Below, in pieces: positions 52,828-61,869 of a DNA stretch of 64,000 nucleotides. The stretch spans positions 213,542 to 277,541 of the forward strand of contig CAWBMN010000018.1 of assembly GCA_963789945.1 (NCBI GenBank), in the 5' to 3' direction. Both the position numbers and the translations under genes were made by a program. How positions within the stretch are numbered: position 1 is the stretch's first letter; the number at the start of each line of letters is the position of its first letter. This DNA comes from an uncultured beta proteobacterium (GTDB lineage Bacteria > Pseudomonadota > Gammaproteobacteria > Burkholderiales > JACQAP01). Below the pieces are notes generated by a model that did not search any database, was not told where the DNA came from, and saw nothing but the letters and a program-made list of their open reading frames with translations.

Positions 52828-53041
52828 CTTACCACGAAGGCACGAAGACACGAAGAAGGCGAGTGATCGTATATTCTCGACCCGATACCGCCGTGGCGCT
52901 GATGGGACGTTCGACCCATTTGCGGTCAACTTGGAACGGACCACTCCGAGATCGAAGGTCCCGCGATGCAGACACTGAAATGAGGCATAGCAGTTTAACG
53001 TGCTCATGCATTTCTTCGTGTCTTCGTGCCTTCGTGGTGAG
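52828..53041. repeat. hairpin cassette L (CACGAAG-type arms)
   Basis: The left arm 52828-52858 and right arm 53011-53041 are complementary at 29 of 31 positions by hand count. It sits in the trpG / trpD junction. Confidence 0.9.
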
Positions 53042-53062
53042 ATATCTGATTTTGACCAGCCA

Positions 53063-53629
53063 TTAGCCGCTTCTTAAAAAGTTGGCGAGGAGCTCGTGGC
53101 CCTTTTCGGTCAAAATGGATTCGGGATGGAACTGCACCCCCTCCACCGGCAGGTCCCGGTGCCGGACACCCATGATCTCGCCATCATCGGTCCATGCGGT
53201 CAATTCGAGACAGGCGGGCAGGCTTTTCTTTTCGATGACCAGCGAATGATAGCGCGTGGCAGTCAGCGGGTTGGGCAGTCCGTGGAAAACCCCGGCATCC
53301 TTGTGGCGGATTTCGGAAGTTTTGCCGTGCATCAGTTGTCCCGCATGAACAATCCTTCCGCCAAAAGCCTGCCCGATGCTCTGGTGGCCCAGGCAGACGC
53401 CCAGGATAGGGATCTTGCCCGCAAATCGCTGGATCAGGGCTACAGAGATACCGGCTTCGCTTGGTGTACAAGGCCCGGGAGAAATGACAATACGGTCGGC
53501 ACCGAGCCGGTCCACTTCTTCTAGCGAGATCTCGTCGTTCCGGAACACCTGCACTTCCTGACCCAGCTCTCCGAAATACTGAACGAGGTTGTAAGTAAAA
53601 GAATCGTAGTTATCGATCATCAGGAGCAT
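53063..53629 (-). CDS. trpG: anthranilate synthase component II (glutamine amidotransferase)
   Basis: [18 protein letters not shown] and GVCLGHQ (catalytic Cys). 188 aa. Confidence 0.9.
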   Translation of the reverse strand: MLLMIDNYDSFTYNLVQYFGELGQEVQVFRNDEISLEEVDRLGADRIVISPGPCTPSEAGISVALIQRFAGKIPILGVCLGHQSIGQAFGGRIVHAGQLMHGKTSEIRHKDAGVFHGLPNPLTATRYHSLVIEKKSLPACLELTAWTDDGEIMGVRHRDLPVEGVQFHPESILTEKGHELLANFLRSG

Positions 53630-53823
53630 GAGGTTCTAACCTTCTGAAGGCAGCACCATCGGATGGTAGTCGGTGCGCCGCCGATACGCGGCGGATGAAA
53701 CAGGATCAGGCGGCAGGCTTACGCCAGCGCCAATGCAGAATGGCAAGAACCGGATGCGGAGTGTTCACGGCGCGTGATTATAGGCGCAGAAAGCTGTTTT
53801 CAGGCAACGCCGGAATCCGTCGA

Positions 53824-54414
53824 TCACTTCGCCGCATAGGCTTGTCCATCAGCGGGAAGACGCCGCCGCCATGCAGCCGTCTCGATGATCAGGGGCTCGC
53901 GGCCATAATCATAAGGCCAGCGATCCACCACGATGGCTGTCTGGCTGCGCAGATCAAGGATCTGGGCAGACCAGTGTTGGGCAAAGACAATCAGAAAAGA
54001 GCGATATGCCTGGGGCATTGGTCGGTGAAACTGCAGGAATCCGCGGGCGCCGAGAGCCTGAAGAAAGGAACTGACCGATGTGGCGTGATCGATACAGTCC
54101 ATCTTCCCGGGGCCGTCCGGATCGTGCGGGAAATTTCTCCCACGATCGTTCTCAACAGGCGCCACGTCCGCGGCATACTCGAAAAACTTCTGAACCGCTT
54201 TCCCGATCTTCCGGCGTTCCTCCTCGGGAGTACGTGCATCGACCAGGATGGTTTGAACTTCGGTGAGTTGGTCTTGTGTCAGCCGAAACTGCACCCTGTA
54301 CTTGCAGCCGTAACCGTGGCAAATCGTCAATAGATCCGCATCCGACGCAAAGCCACGGGACATTGCGAGCGATAGGGCTGCGAACCAAAGAACCCGGAAC
54401 ATCGCCACGGACAT
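53824..54414 (-). CDS. hypothetical exported protein
   Basis: 196-aa ORF with a signal-like N-terminus (MFRVLWFAALSLAMSRGFA), located between trpE and trpG. The Cys107/His147/Asp164 spacing resembles a papain/transglutaminase-like triad; this is inference only. Confidence 0.5.
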   Translation of the reverse strand: MSVAMFRVLWFAALSLAMSRGFASDADLLTICHGYGCKYRVQFRLTQDQLTEVQTILVDARTPEEERRKIGKAVQKFFEYAADVAPVENDRGRNFPHDPDGPGKMDCIDHATSVSSFLQALGARGFLQFHRPMPQAYRSFLIVFAQHWSAQILDLRSQTAIVVDRWPYDYGREPLIIETAAWRRRLPADGQAYAAK

Positions 54415-54441
54415 TACAGTTCCTGCCTTCCCCCGACTAAA

Positions 54442-54834
54442 CTCTCACCGCCTTATTCAAGCGCGCTTGCATTCAGGCCCCTTCGCTCCAGGGTCGTTAC
54501 CCGCTTCATCGCTACTACGGGCCTGTCCGACTCCCGGACCGAGTCCACCGGCGGTTTTTTCTTCCCGGGGCTTCACCGGGCGGATCGCTCCACCGCAGTG
54601 TCCGAGTCGCTACCTGCTGAACGGGAAATTCGCAGTGTAAACTCCTTTCAGTTCACAAGATCAGCCAGGCTTGGCCTGGCGCACCTGAGGGCGCGGAGGA
54701 AAGCCAAAAGCAGAGAATTCGAGAGGCCAACCAGGTCGCGCTGCTTCGCTCTGCACCAGGTTTGTTTTCTTGTTCCCTTGGCTCTTGCTATTCTTGCGGT
54801 TCCCCCGCGTCCCCTGCGTCCTCCGCGGTGAGAG
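54442..54834. repeat. degenerate cassette Q (one clear ACGCRGGG-type arm)
   Basis: The right end, ttcttgcggttcccccgcgtcccctgcgtcctccgcggtgagag (54791-54834), has the tandem-unit plus GGTGAG terminus architecture. At the left end only ctctcaccgcc (54442-52) is recognisable. Confidence 0.35.
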
Positions 54835-54839
54835 CTTCC

Positions 54840-56315
54840 TCAATCCAGACGCGCGTTCAAGCCGGCCTGCGCCATTTCGGCTGCACGCAATAACGCCCGC
54901 GCCTTGTTCTGGGTCTCGATCCATTCGTTCTTGGGCACCGAGTCGGCGACGATCCCCGCTCCGGCCTGCACATACAGCGTGCCATCCTTCACCACCGCGG
55001 TGCGGATCGCGATTGCAAGGTCCATGTCGCCGTTGAAGCCGAGGTAACCCACGGCACCGGCATAGATTCCGCGCTTGGACGGCTCCAGTTCGTCGATGAT
55101 CTCCATTGCCCGCACTTTCGGGGCCCCGCTCACGGTACCGGCTGGGAAGGTTGCCTTCAGCACCGCCATCGCATCCAGGCCGGGCTTGAGCCTGCCGTCG
55201 ACGTTGGAGACGATGTGCATCACGTGCGAATAGCGCTCGATGGTCATGTTCTCGGTCACGCGCACGCTGCCGACCTGCGCCACCCGGCCGACGTCGTTGC
55301 GGCCCAGGTCCATCAGCATCACGTGCTCGGCGCGCTCCTTGGGGTCGGCGAGCAGTTCGCTCTCAAGCGCGGCATCCTGCTCCCGGCTGGCGCCGCGCGG
55401 GCGGGTACCGGCAATCGGACGCACCGTGACCATGCCGCTTTCCAGCCGCACCAGGATCTCGGGCGAGGCGCCCACGACGTGAAATCCACCCATGTCGAAA
55501 TAGAACATGTAGGGCGAGGGGTTCAGCGCACGCAAGGCGCGGTACAGCGACAAGGGCGACGCGTGGTAAGGCAGGCTCATGCGCTGCGACAGCACCACCT
55601 GCATGATGTCGCCGTCGAAAATATAGCGCTTGGCGCGCTCCACCGCTTCGATGAAAGCGTCTTCGCTGAACTCCGACTGAGGTGGTGACGGCGCCGCGGG
55701 CGCTTCCGGCGGCACCACCACCGGCTGGCGCAGCATCCACAGCAGTTCCTGCAGGCGCTGCTGGGCACGGGCATAGGCACCGGCCTCGCGTGGATCGGCA
55801 TAAACCACCAGAAACAGCTTGCCGGAAAGATTGTCCAGCACCACCAGCTGTTCGGAGAGCAGCAGCAGGATGTCCGGGGTATGGAGCGTATCGGCCTTTT
55901 GCGTGGCGGCAAGCTTCTTTTCCACGTAGCGCACCGTGTCGTAGCCAAAACAGCCGACCAGCCCGCCGAGAAAGCGCGGCAACTCCGGGCGCGAGGCCGC
56001 CCTGATGCGCGCATGGCAGGCCGATACGAAATCGAGCGGGTTGTCGTTCTGGGCCTGGCTCACCAGCGTGCCGCGCCGGTACTCGGCACAGGTGTGGCCG
56101 CGCACCTCGAAGCGGGTCTCCGCGGGCAAGCCGATGAAGGAGTAGCGGCCGAATCGCTCTCCGCCCTGCACCGATTCCAGCAAGTAAGAATAGGGCTTGT
56201 TGGCGAGCTTGAGATAAACCGACAGCGGGGTGTCGAGGTCGGCGAAGGTTTCGAGCACAACCGGGATGCGGTTGAAACCCTGCGCGGCAAGCTGCTTGAA
56301 TTCCTGCTCAGTCAT
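54840..56315 (-). CDS. trpE: anthranilate synthase component I
   Basis: 491 aa with [30 protein letters not shown], and [10 protein letters not shown]. Confidence 0.95.
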   Translation of the reverse strand: MTEQEFKQLAAQGFNRIPVVLETFADLDTPLSVYLKLANKPYSYLLESVQGGERFGRYSFIGLPAETRFEVRGHTCAEYRRGTLVSQAQNDNPLDFVSACHARIRAASRPELPRFLGGLVGCFGYDTVRYVEKKLAATQKADTLHTPDILLLLSEQLVVLDNLSGKLFLVVYADPREAGAYARAQQRLQELLWMLRQPVVVPPEAPAAPSPPQSEFSEDAFIEAVERAKRYIFDGDIMQVVLSQRMSLPYHASPLSLYRALRALNPSPYMFYFDMGGFHVVGASPEILVRLESGMVTVRPIAGTRPRGASREQDAALESELLADPKERAEHVMLMDLGRNDVGRVAQVGSVRVTENMTIERYSHVMHIVSNVDGRLKPGLDAMAVLKATFPAGTVSGAPKVRAMEIIDELEPSKRGIYAGAVGYLGFNGDMDLAIAIRTAVVKDGTLYVQAGAGIVADSVPKNEWIETQNKARALLRAAEMAQAGLNARLD

Positions 56316-56449
56316 GACGAACTCCTGAAACTGCGAAAACGATGAAACGGAAACCGGCGACGCTCAGATGCAGCGCCAGAACGCAGACGGGCGCCACCAG
56401 CGCCAGCCGGCCCCGATTTCCAGCCTCAGGTTTTCGAGTTTCAAAAAGT

Positions 56450-57139
56450 TCATGACCGCGGAATTTCGATCAGTTTCATGGAGTCCAGAAGCGCCGGTAC
56501 TATAGCATCGCAGTCCAGTTCGTGCACCCCGAGCGTGCCCCGGTAGCCGTAAGGCACACAGAATACCGGGCAGCCGGCCGCCCGTGCCGCGCGGGTGTCG
56601 TTGGGAGAATCGCCGATCATCAGCAGGCGCGGCGCGGGCACGCCAAAGACCTGCGCGCAATGTAGCAACGGCAAGGGATCAGGCTTCTTGCGCGGCAGGC
56701 TGTCCCCGCTCAACACCAGATCCAGATACGGCGCGAGCCCGATGTCACGCAGCAGCAGTTCGGTGAAACCCGCCGGCTTGTTGGTAATGCAGGCGAGTCT
56801 GAGCCCGCGGCGGCGCATTTCCTGCAGCCCTTCCACCACGCCGGGGAAGGGCCTTGAGGCGCGCGTCAGCACACTTGCGTAATGACTGCGGAACGCATTT
56901 CCAGCCCGACCAAACAGTGCAGCATCCGGCTCGCCGTCCGGATCGCCGCTTAGCAGGCGTTTGACCAGGCGATCCACCCCGTCCCCCACATACGCCCGCA
57001 CCGCAGATTCGGCTACAACAGGGCGCCCGAGGTCTCCGAGCATCCGGTTGGCGGCTTCATGCAGGTCCGGGAGCGTATCGACCAGCGTGCCGTCCAGGTC
57101 GAATGCCACCGCCGCCACCGGGATCGGGAATTTGGGCAT
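56450..57139 (-). CDS. gph: phosphoglycolate phosphatase
   Basis: The HAD motifs AFDLDGTLVDT, ITNKP, and IGDSPNDTRAARAAG. I chose ATG 57139; the track uses TTG 57154. Confidence 0.85.
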   Translation of the reverse strand: MPKFPIPVAAVAFDLDGTLVDTLPDLHEAANRMLGDLGRPVVAESAVRAYVGDGVDRLVKRLLSGDPDGEPDAALFGRAGNAFRSHYASVLTRASRPFPGVVEGLQEMRRRGLRLACITNKPAGFTELLLRDIGLAPYLDLVLSGDSLPRKKPDPLPLLHCAQVFGVPAPRLLMIGDSPNDTRAARAAGCPVFCVPYGYRGTLGVHELDCDAIVPALLDSMKLIEIPRS

Positions 57140-57172
57140 CAGATATGGCGGCAAATACAGAAAGCCGGAATG

Positions 57173-57336
57173 CTCACCACGAAGACACGAAGAAGACCGG
57201 ATGCTTCAGCAGAGACCAATCGTCAGAGTACGTCGTAGCTGAAACCGGGGTTTCATTGAAAGCTTACCTGCAGGGAATTTCCATGGCCAAAGCGGCTACT
57301 TCGCAGTTCTTCGTGTCTTCGTGCCTTCGTGGTGAG
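57173..57336. repeat. hairpin cassette M (CACGAAG-type arms)
   Basis: The left arm (57173-57196) has 2 units and the right arm (57307-57336) has 3 units. The core is homologous to that of cassette N. Confidence 0.85.
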
Positions 57337-57347
57337 ACGTACAGTTC

Positions 57348-58007
57348 TCAGACTTTCTCAAGCTCGGCGCGCATTGCGGCGATGGTGGCCTTGTAGTCCC
57401 TGGTGCCGAAGATCGCCGAGCCGGCGACGAAAGTGTCCGCTCCGGCGCGGGCAATCTCGGCAATGTTGTCCACCTTAATCCCGCCGTCCACTTCGAGCCA
57501 GACGTCGCGCCCTGTTTTCTCAATGCGTTCGCGAACGGCGCGCAGCTTGGCGAGCGCCGCGGGAATGAATTTCTGCCCGCCGAATCCGGGATTGACCGAC
57601 ATGATCAGCACCAGATCCAGCTCGTCCAGTGTGAAATCGAGCCACGACAACGGCGTCGCCAGATTGAGTACCAGCCCGGGCTTGCAGCCGCATTCCCTGA
57701 TCAGTCCGATGGTGCGGTCGACGTGCTCGGAGGCTTCCGGATGAAAGCTGATGATGTTGGCGCCCGCCTTGGCAAAATCGGGAACGATGCGGTCCACCGG
57801 CCTGACCATCAGGTGCACGTCGATGATCGCCTTGGTGAGCGGCCGGATCGCTTCGCAAACCAGGGGGCCGACGGTCAGGTTGGGCACGTAATGGTTGTCC
57901 ATCACATCGAAGTGCACGATGTCGGCGCCGGCGGTGATCACGGACTGGACTTCTTCGCCGAGTCTGGCGAAGTTGGCGGACAGAATGCTTGGGGCGATTC
58001 GATACAT
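57348..58007 (-). CDS. rpe: ribulose-phosphate 3-epimerase
   Basis: [30 protein letters not shown], and [13 protein letters not shown]. Confidence 0.95.
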   Translation of the reverse strand: MYRIAPSILSANFARLGEEVQSVITAGADIVHFDVMDNHYVPNLTVGPLVCEAIRPLTKAIIDVHLMVRPVDRIVPDFAKAGANIISFHPEASEHVDRTIGLIRECGCKPGLVLNLATPLSWLDFTLDELDLVLIMSVNPGFGGQKFIPAALAKLRAVRERIEKTGRDVWLEVDGGIKVDNIAEIARAGADTFVAGSAIFGTRDYKATIAAMRAELEKV

Positions 58008-58134
58008 GGGCGATTCGATCGGCGGCAGTGTCCACGGGCGAAGGAACGCGGCATTGTAGCAAACAGGGCCCGGCCATCTGCCGTTGGAAGACGTGACGTG
58101 GCCGACCTTGCCGCGTTTTCGAGTTTAATGTCCA

Positions 58135-58527
58135 ATGCCGGGCATGGCCGAGCACAAAAAATACGAAATCACCGTCACAGCGCGGACTTCCTATGTCCCC
58201 GACCAGTCCGATGAAGCCGGCGGCCGCTATGTCTTTGCCTACACCATCACCATCGCGAACACCGGCACCGTCGCCGCCCAGCTCGTCAGCCGTCACTGGA
58301 TCATCACCGACGCCGGTGGCAAGGTGCAGGAAGTGCGTGGCCTCGGCGTGGTCGGACAGCAGCCGCTGTTGCGGCCGCAGGAGAAGCACGAGTACACCAG
58401 CGGCACCGCGATCGCCACGCCGGTAGGGACCATGCGCGGCAGTTACCAGATGGTCGCGGAGGACGGCGTCGCTTTCGAAGCACCGATCCCGGAATTTACT
58501 CTAAGCGTGCCCCGCGTTCTGCATTAG
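58135..58527 (+). CDS. apaG: ApaG protein
   Basis: YVFAYTITI.N.G...QL.SRHW.ITD..G....V.G.GVVG.QP.L.P. Confidence 0.9.
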   Translation: MPGMAEHKKYEITVTARTSYVPDQSDEAGGRYVFAYTITIANTGTVAAQLVSRHWIITDAGGKVQEVRGLGVVGQQPLLRPQEKHEYTSGTAIATPVGTMRGSYQMVAEDGVAFEAPIPEFTLSVPRVLH

Positions 58528-58546
58528 TCCTTCAAGAAACCACCAG

Positions 58547-58690
58547 TCTCACCACGAAGGCACGAAGAGACGAAGGAAACCGAATGCCTAAGTGGAGACC
58601 AACCGTCAAACTGCGTCGTAGCTGAAACCGGGGTTTCATTGAATGCTTACCTGCACGGAATTTCCATAGCCAAAGCGGCTACTTCGCGAG
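58547..58690. repeat. hairpin cassette N (CACGAAG-type), right arm missing
   Basis: Left arm tctcaccacgaaggcacgaagagacgaaggaa (58547-78). The core (58579-58690) aligns with the core of M with about 13 mismatches in about 110 nt by hand alignment. No cttcgtg arm follows. Confidence 0.8.
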
Positions 58691-58701
58691 AAGCGCGTGG
58701 A

Positions 58702-58803
58702 CTAGTTTTTCTTGTCGCGGTCGCGCTTGCGCGGCAGCGTCCACCAGACAATGAACACGAACAGCCCCAGCGCCAGAACCCCTTCGAGAATCAGCCAGGA
58801 CAT
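58702..58803 (-). CDS. possible 33-aa membrane peptide
   Basis: My translation is MSWLILEGVLALGLFVFIVWWTLPRKRDRDKKN: one hydrophobic helix followed by a basic tail. It is too short for the ORF track. Confidence 0.3.
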   Translation of the reverse strand: MSWLILEGVLALGLFVFIVWWTLPRKRDRDKKN

Positions 58804-58880
58804 AAGCAGTAATGGCGCAGGGCGCGCGGCGTTGCTTTGTTATACTCGCAACCGAAACAGTACATGCAGAAGATCACCCA

Positions 58881-60116
58881 ATGCAGAGAAGACTATGGCA
58901 GGCACTCACCCTGTGTTTCCTGCTTGCCAGCGGTTGTGCGAGTCTAACCAGGACCATACCGCCAGCGCCACCGGCTCCGTTTGAACCGCTTCCCGAAACG
59001 CCGACGCCCGTCGTCTCCGCGCCTGAATCTGCACCGGCCCCCGCCCCCCAAGCGCCATCTAGTCCACAGGTCTTCCAGATGGCCGATTGGAGCGCGTTGC
59101 CCGAGTGGGGCAGCGACAAACTTGTCGAGGCATTGCCGGCGCTGGTGCTTTCCTGCGGCAGCCTGAAATCCCAGCCCGAATGGCAGTCGGCTTGTGCCGC
59201 GGCGGCGCAAATACCTGGCGAAGATCCGGCGGCTGTGCGGCAGTTCTTCGAGTCCAGCTTCGTTCCCCATGCCGTCCACAATGCCGATGGAAGCTCGGAG
59301 GGCCTGGTCACCGGATACTATGAGCCGCTGCTGCGCGGCAGCCGCACGCCGACCAGGCTGTATCGCTTTCCGGTGTATGGCGTTCCGAACGATCTGCTGG
59401 TCGTGGACCTCACGGAAACCCAACCGAATCTCAAAGGCCTGCGGCTGCGCGGCCGGCTGCATGGAAACAAGGTGGTGCCCTATTACACGCGCGCGGAAAT
59501 CGAGCGCGGCGAAGCCGCGGTGCGTGGCCGCGAGATTCTCTGGGTGGACGACGCGGTTGAGCTTTTCTTCCTGCAAATCCAGGGGTCGGGCCGGGTAAAG
59601 TTGGCTAACGGAGAAATCGTGCGCATCGGCTTCGCCGAGCACAACGGGCACCCCTACAGGTCCATCGGGCGTGTACTGGTCGAACGGGGGGAATTGCCGC
59701 AGGACAAGGCGTCAATGCAGGGAATCAAGCAATGGGGAAAGCAGAACCCGGACTTGCTGCCGCTGCTGCTGCAGCAAAATCCCGCGTTCGTGTTTTTCCG
59801 CGAGATGCCCTCTTCGTCGCCCGGGCCGGTGGGCGCGCTGGGCGTCGCCCTCACCCCCGGCCGCAGCATCGCGGTCGATGCTTCTGTCGTGCCGCTGGGT
59901 GCCCCGGTTTTTCTTTCCAGTACCTGGCCGCTTTCAGCCCGGCCGCTGAACCGCCTGGTACTTGCACAGGACACCGGCAGCGCGATAAAGGGCGCGGTGC
60001 GGGCAGATTTTTTCTGGGGTTTCGGCGACGAGGCCGGGCAGATCGCCGGACGCATGCGGCAAAGCGGCCGGATGTGGGTGCTCTATCCACGCGGCTTCGA
60101 GCCTCGCCTGCCCTAG
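58881..60116 (+). CDS. mltA: membrane-bound lytic murein transglycosylase A
   Basis: Lipobox LLASGC after MQRRLWQALTLCF, then the MltA/3D-domain motifs (VTGYYEP, FFLQIQGSGR, AQDTGSAIKG). Confidence 0.85.
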   Translation: MQRRLWQALTLCFLLASGCASLTRTIPPAPPAPFEPLPETPTPVVSAPESAPAPAPQAPSSPQVFQMADWSALPEWGSDKLVEALPALVLSCGSLKSQPEWQSACAAAAQIPGEDPAAVRQFFESSFVPHAVHNADGSSEGLVTGYYEPLLRGSRTPTRLYRFPVYGVPNDLLVVDLTETQPNLKGLRLRGRLHGNKVVPYYTRAEIERGEAAVRGREILWVDDAVELFFLQIQGSGRVKLANGEIVRIGFAEHNGHPYRSIGRVLVERGELPQDKASMQGIKQWGKQNPDLLPLLLQQNPAFVFFREMPSSSPGPVGALGVALTPGRSIAVDASVVPLGAPVFLSSTWPLSARPLNRLVLAQDTGSAIKGAVRADFFWGFGDEAGQIAGRMRQSGRMWVLYPRGFEPRLP

Positions 60117-60141
60117 CCGGCAACGGGAATAAAGCCAAACT

Positions 60142-60299
60142 TCTCACCACGAAGGCACGAAGACACGAAGAAAACCCCGGAACCAATCAGTAGAGAAAAT
60201 GGGGCCGGCGGAACTAAGGGGACACTACCTGCGAGCGTTGATTGCTTTGGTAGAACTTCGACTCTGCATTTCTTCGTGTCTTCGTGACTTCGTGGTGAG
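60142..60299. repeat. hairpin cassette O (CACGAAG-type arms)
   Basis: The left arm 60142-60174 and right arm 60269-60299 are complementary at 30 of 31 positions by hand count. It lies between the convergent mltA and tonB-like ends. Confidence 0.9.
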
Positions 60300-60335
60300 A
60301 TTTGCGAGTCGTATTCATGGGTGATCGTCCCTATA

Positions 60336-61043
60336 TCACTCCTCAACCGCGCTTGCGGCCGGGTCGTAGTCGAACTTCACGACGATACGGCTGCGCACCG
60401 CGCGGCCGTCCTTTTGCGCCGGAGAGTATGCGCCCGCCGCGACTGCCCGCCGCGCCGATTCTTCGAATACGTCCTGGGGAGACGCATCCACCACCGATAC
60501 ATCGGTGACCCGTCCGGATTCGTCGATCAATATCAGCAGCGTCACCGAGCCGCCGATTTCGCCGGCGAGCGCCGCTTGCGGATAGACGGGTTCGATGCGG
60601 ATCAGTGGTTGCGGATAGACGTCGAGTTCCCTTGCGGCGTAATGAACAGGATCGGGAAGACTTGCGATTGCAGCTTCCGGCTCCGGGGCGAGATCCGCGG
60701 CCGAAAAAGCTTGCACGGCCGGTGCCAGCGTTTCGACCGGTTCCGGCAATGGGGGAACATGCGCCTGCCCGGGAGGGACGCGCTTGAATTGCGGTATCGC
60801 CGGCGCTGCCGATGTTGGCCGTTTCATTGCGGCGGGTTCGAACAACAGCCGGGCGTTGATGATGCTCAGCTGATCCACAGGGCTGCGGGTCGATTGCAGC
60901 GCCAGCCCGTAAATAAGGTACAGGTGCAGTGTCGCTGACAACAACACCGCAACAGACAGGCGCGCGAACGCCGCCTGGGACACGTCTGGGGGAACCTGCC
61001 TGATCCTGCGCATCGCCCGATCCCACTTTGGAAACGCCGACAC
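60336..61043 (-). CDS. TonB-family protein (C-terminal domain)
   Basis: N-terminal TM helix, a Pro-rich linker, and a C-terminal YPQAALAGEIGGSVTLLILIDESGRVTDVSV motif. Confidence 0.7.
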   Translation of the reverse strand: MSAFPKWDRAMRRIRQVPPDVSQAAFARLSVAVLLSATLHLYLIYGLALQSTRSPVDQLSIINARLLFEPAAMKRPTSAAPAIPQFKRVPPGQAHVPPLPEPVETLAPAVQAFSAADLAPEPEAAIASLPDPVHYAARELDVYPQPLIRIEPVYPQAALAGEIGGSVTLLILIDESGRVTDVSVVDASPQDVFEESARRAVAAGAYSPAQKDGRAVRSRIVVKFDYDPAASAVEE

Positions 61044-61081
61044 TCCGATTCTAGAGCGTCAGCGGCAGCGCCGGGCAGATC

Positions 61082-61822
61082 TTACTTGTTCTGCGCCTTG
61101 GCCAGGATATCCTCGATCTGATCGGCTGGAATCGCCCCGGGAACGCGCTTGCCGTCCGCGAAGAATATCGTGGGCGTACCGGTGATCTGTTTGGCCCTGC
61201 CGAATTCCACGAGCTTGTCAACGGGGTTGTTGCAGGTGCCGGCCGCCTTGGGCGCCACGCCCTTGAGCATGTACTCGTCCCAGGCCTTGACGCGATCGCC
61301 GGAACACCAGATGGCACGAGACACCGCCGGCGCCTTCGGGTGCAATTGCTCGATCGGGTAGAGGAACACATAGATCGTGACGTCGGTCACCTTTTCCAGG
61401 TCGCGCTCGAGCCGCTTGCAGAACGGACAATCCGGATCGGAGAACACCGCAAATTTGCGGCTGCCGTCGCCCTTGACCTTCTTGATCGCCAAATCGAGGG
61501 GAAGCTGCTCAAAAGGAAAGGCAAGCTTCTTGAGCTTTAACTCGTCCAGATCCCTCTGCCGCGCCGCCGTCACATTGGTCATGCTATTGGTATCGATGAT
61601 GCTGCCATCGATCAGGTATTTGAAGTCCTCATCGGTGTAGAACATCTGGCCGTCGACAACGACTTCAAATAATCCGAGATGGGGTGTTTTGGTTACGCTG
61701 TCGACGTTGGCCTTGGGAAACTTCTTGGCGATCTCAGAGCGAATGGAGGCCTCATCCGCGCAGGCGACGCCCGAAAGAAGCAGGACAAGAGTTGAAAAAA
61801 CGGTCAGCGCACGAATGGTCAT
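61082..61822 (-). CDS. dsbC: thiol:disulfide interchange protein DsbC
   Basis: Signal peptide (MTIRALTVFSTLVLLLSGVACA) and the thioredoxin motif DPDCPFCK. I chose the ATG at 61822. Confidence 0.85.
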   Translation of the reverse strand: MTIRALTVFSTLVLLLSGVACADEASIRSEIAKKFPKANVDSVTKTPHLGLFEVVVDGQMFYTDEDFKYLIDGSIIDTNSMTNVTAARQRDLDELKLKKLAFPFEQLPLDLAIKKVKGDGSRKFAVFSDPDCPFCKRLERDLEKVTDVTIYVFLYPIEQLHPKAPAVSRAIWCSGDRVKAWDEYMLKGVAPKAAGTCNNPVDKLVEFGRAKQITGTPTIFFADGKRVPGAIPADQIEDILAKAQNK

Positions 61823-61869
61823 AAGGGGGTCGGCTTGGGGGAAGTCGGGATTATTCGTTTGGCACGTAC

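Noticed and set aside
54480-54660. On the minus strand, motifs faintly reminiscent of a cobalamin riboswitch (ccggtgaagccccgggaag ... gggagtcggacaggccc) upstream of ORF 53824..54414.
   Set aside because: The order and spacing of the motifs do not match the B12-element consensus as I recall it. The B12-box match is poor, and the downstream gene has no evident link to cobalamin. It would need cmscan to revisit.
46839-60299. Regularly recurring about 30-nt repeats separated by variable sequence, which superficially resemble a CRISPR array.
   Set aside because: The repeats occur as inverted pairs, not direct repeats. Spacing is irregular, with whole genes in between. There are no cas genes or leader in the window.
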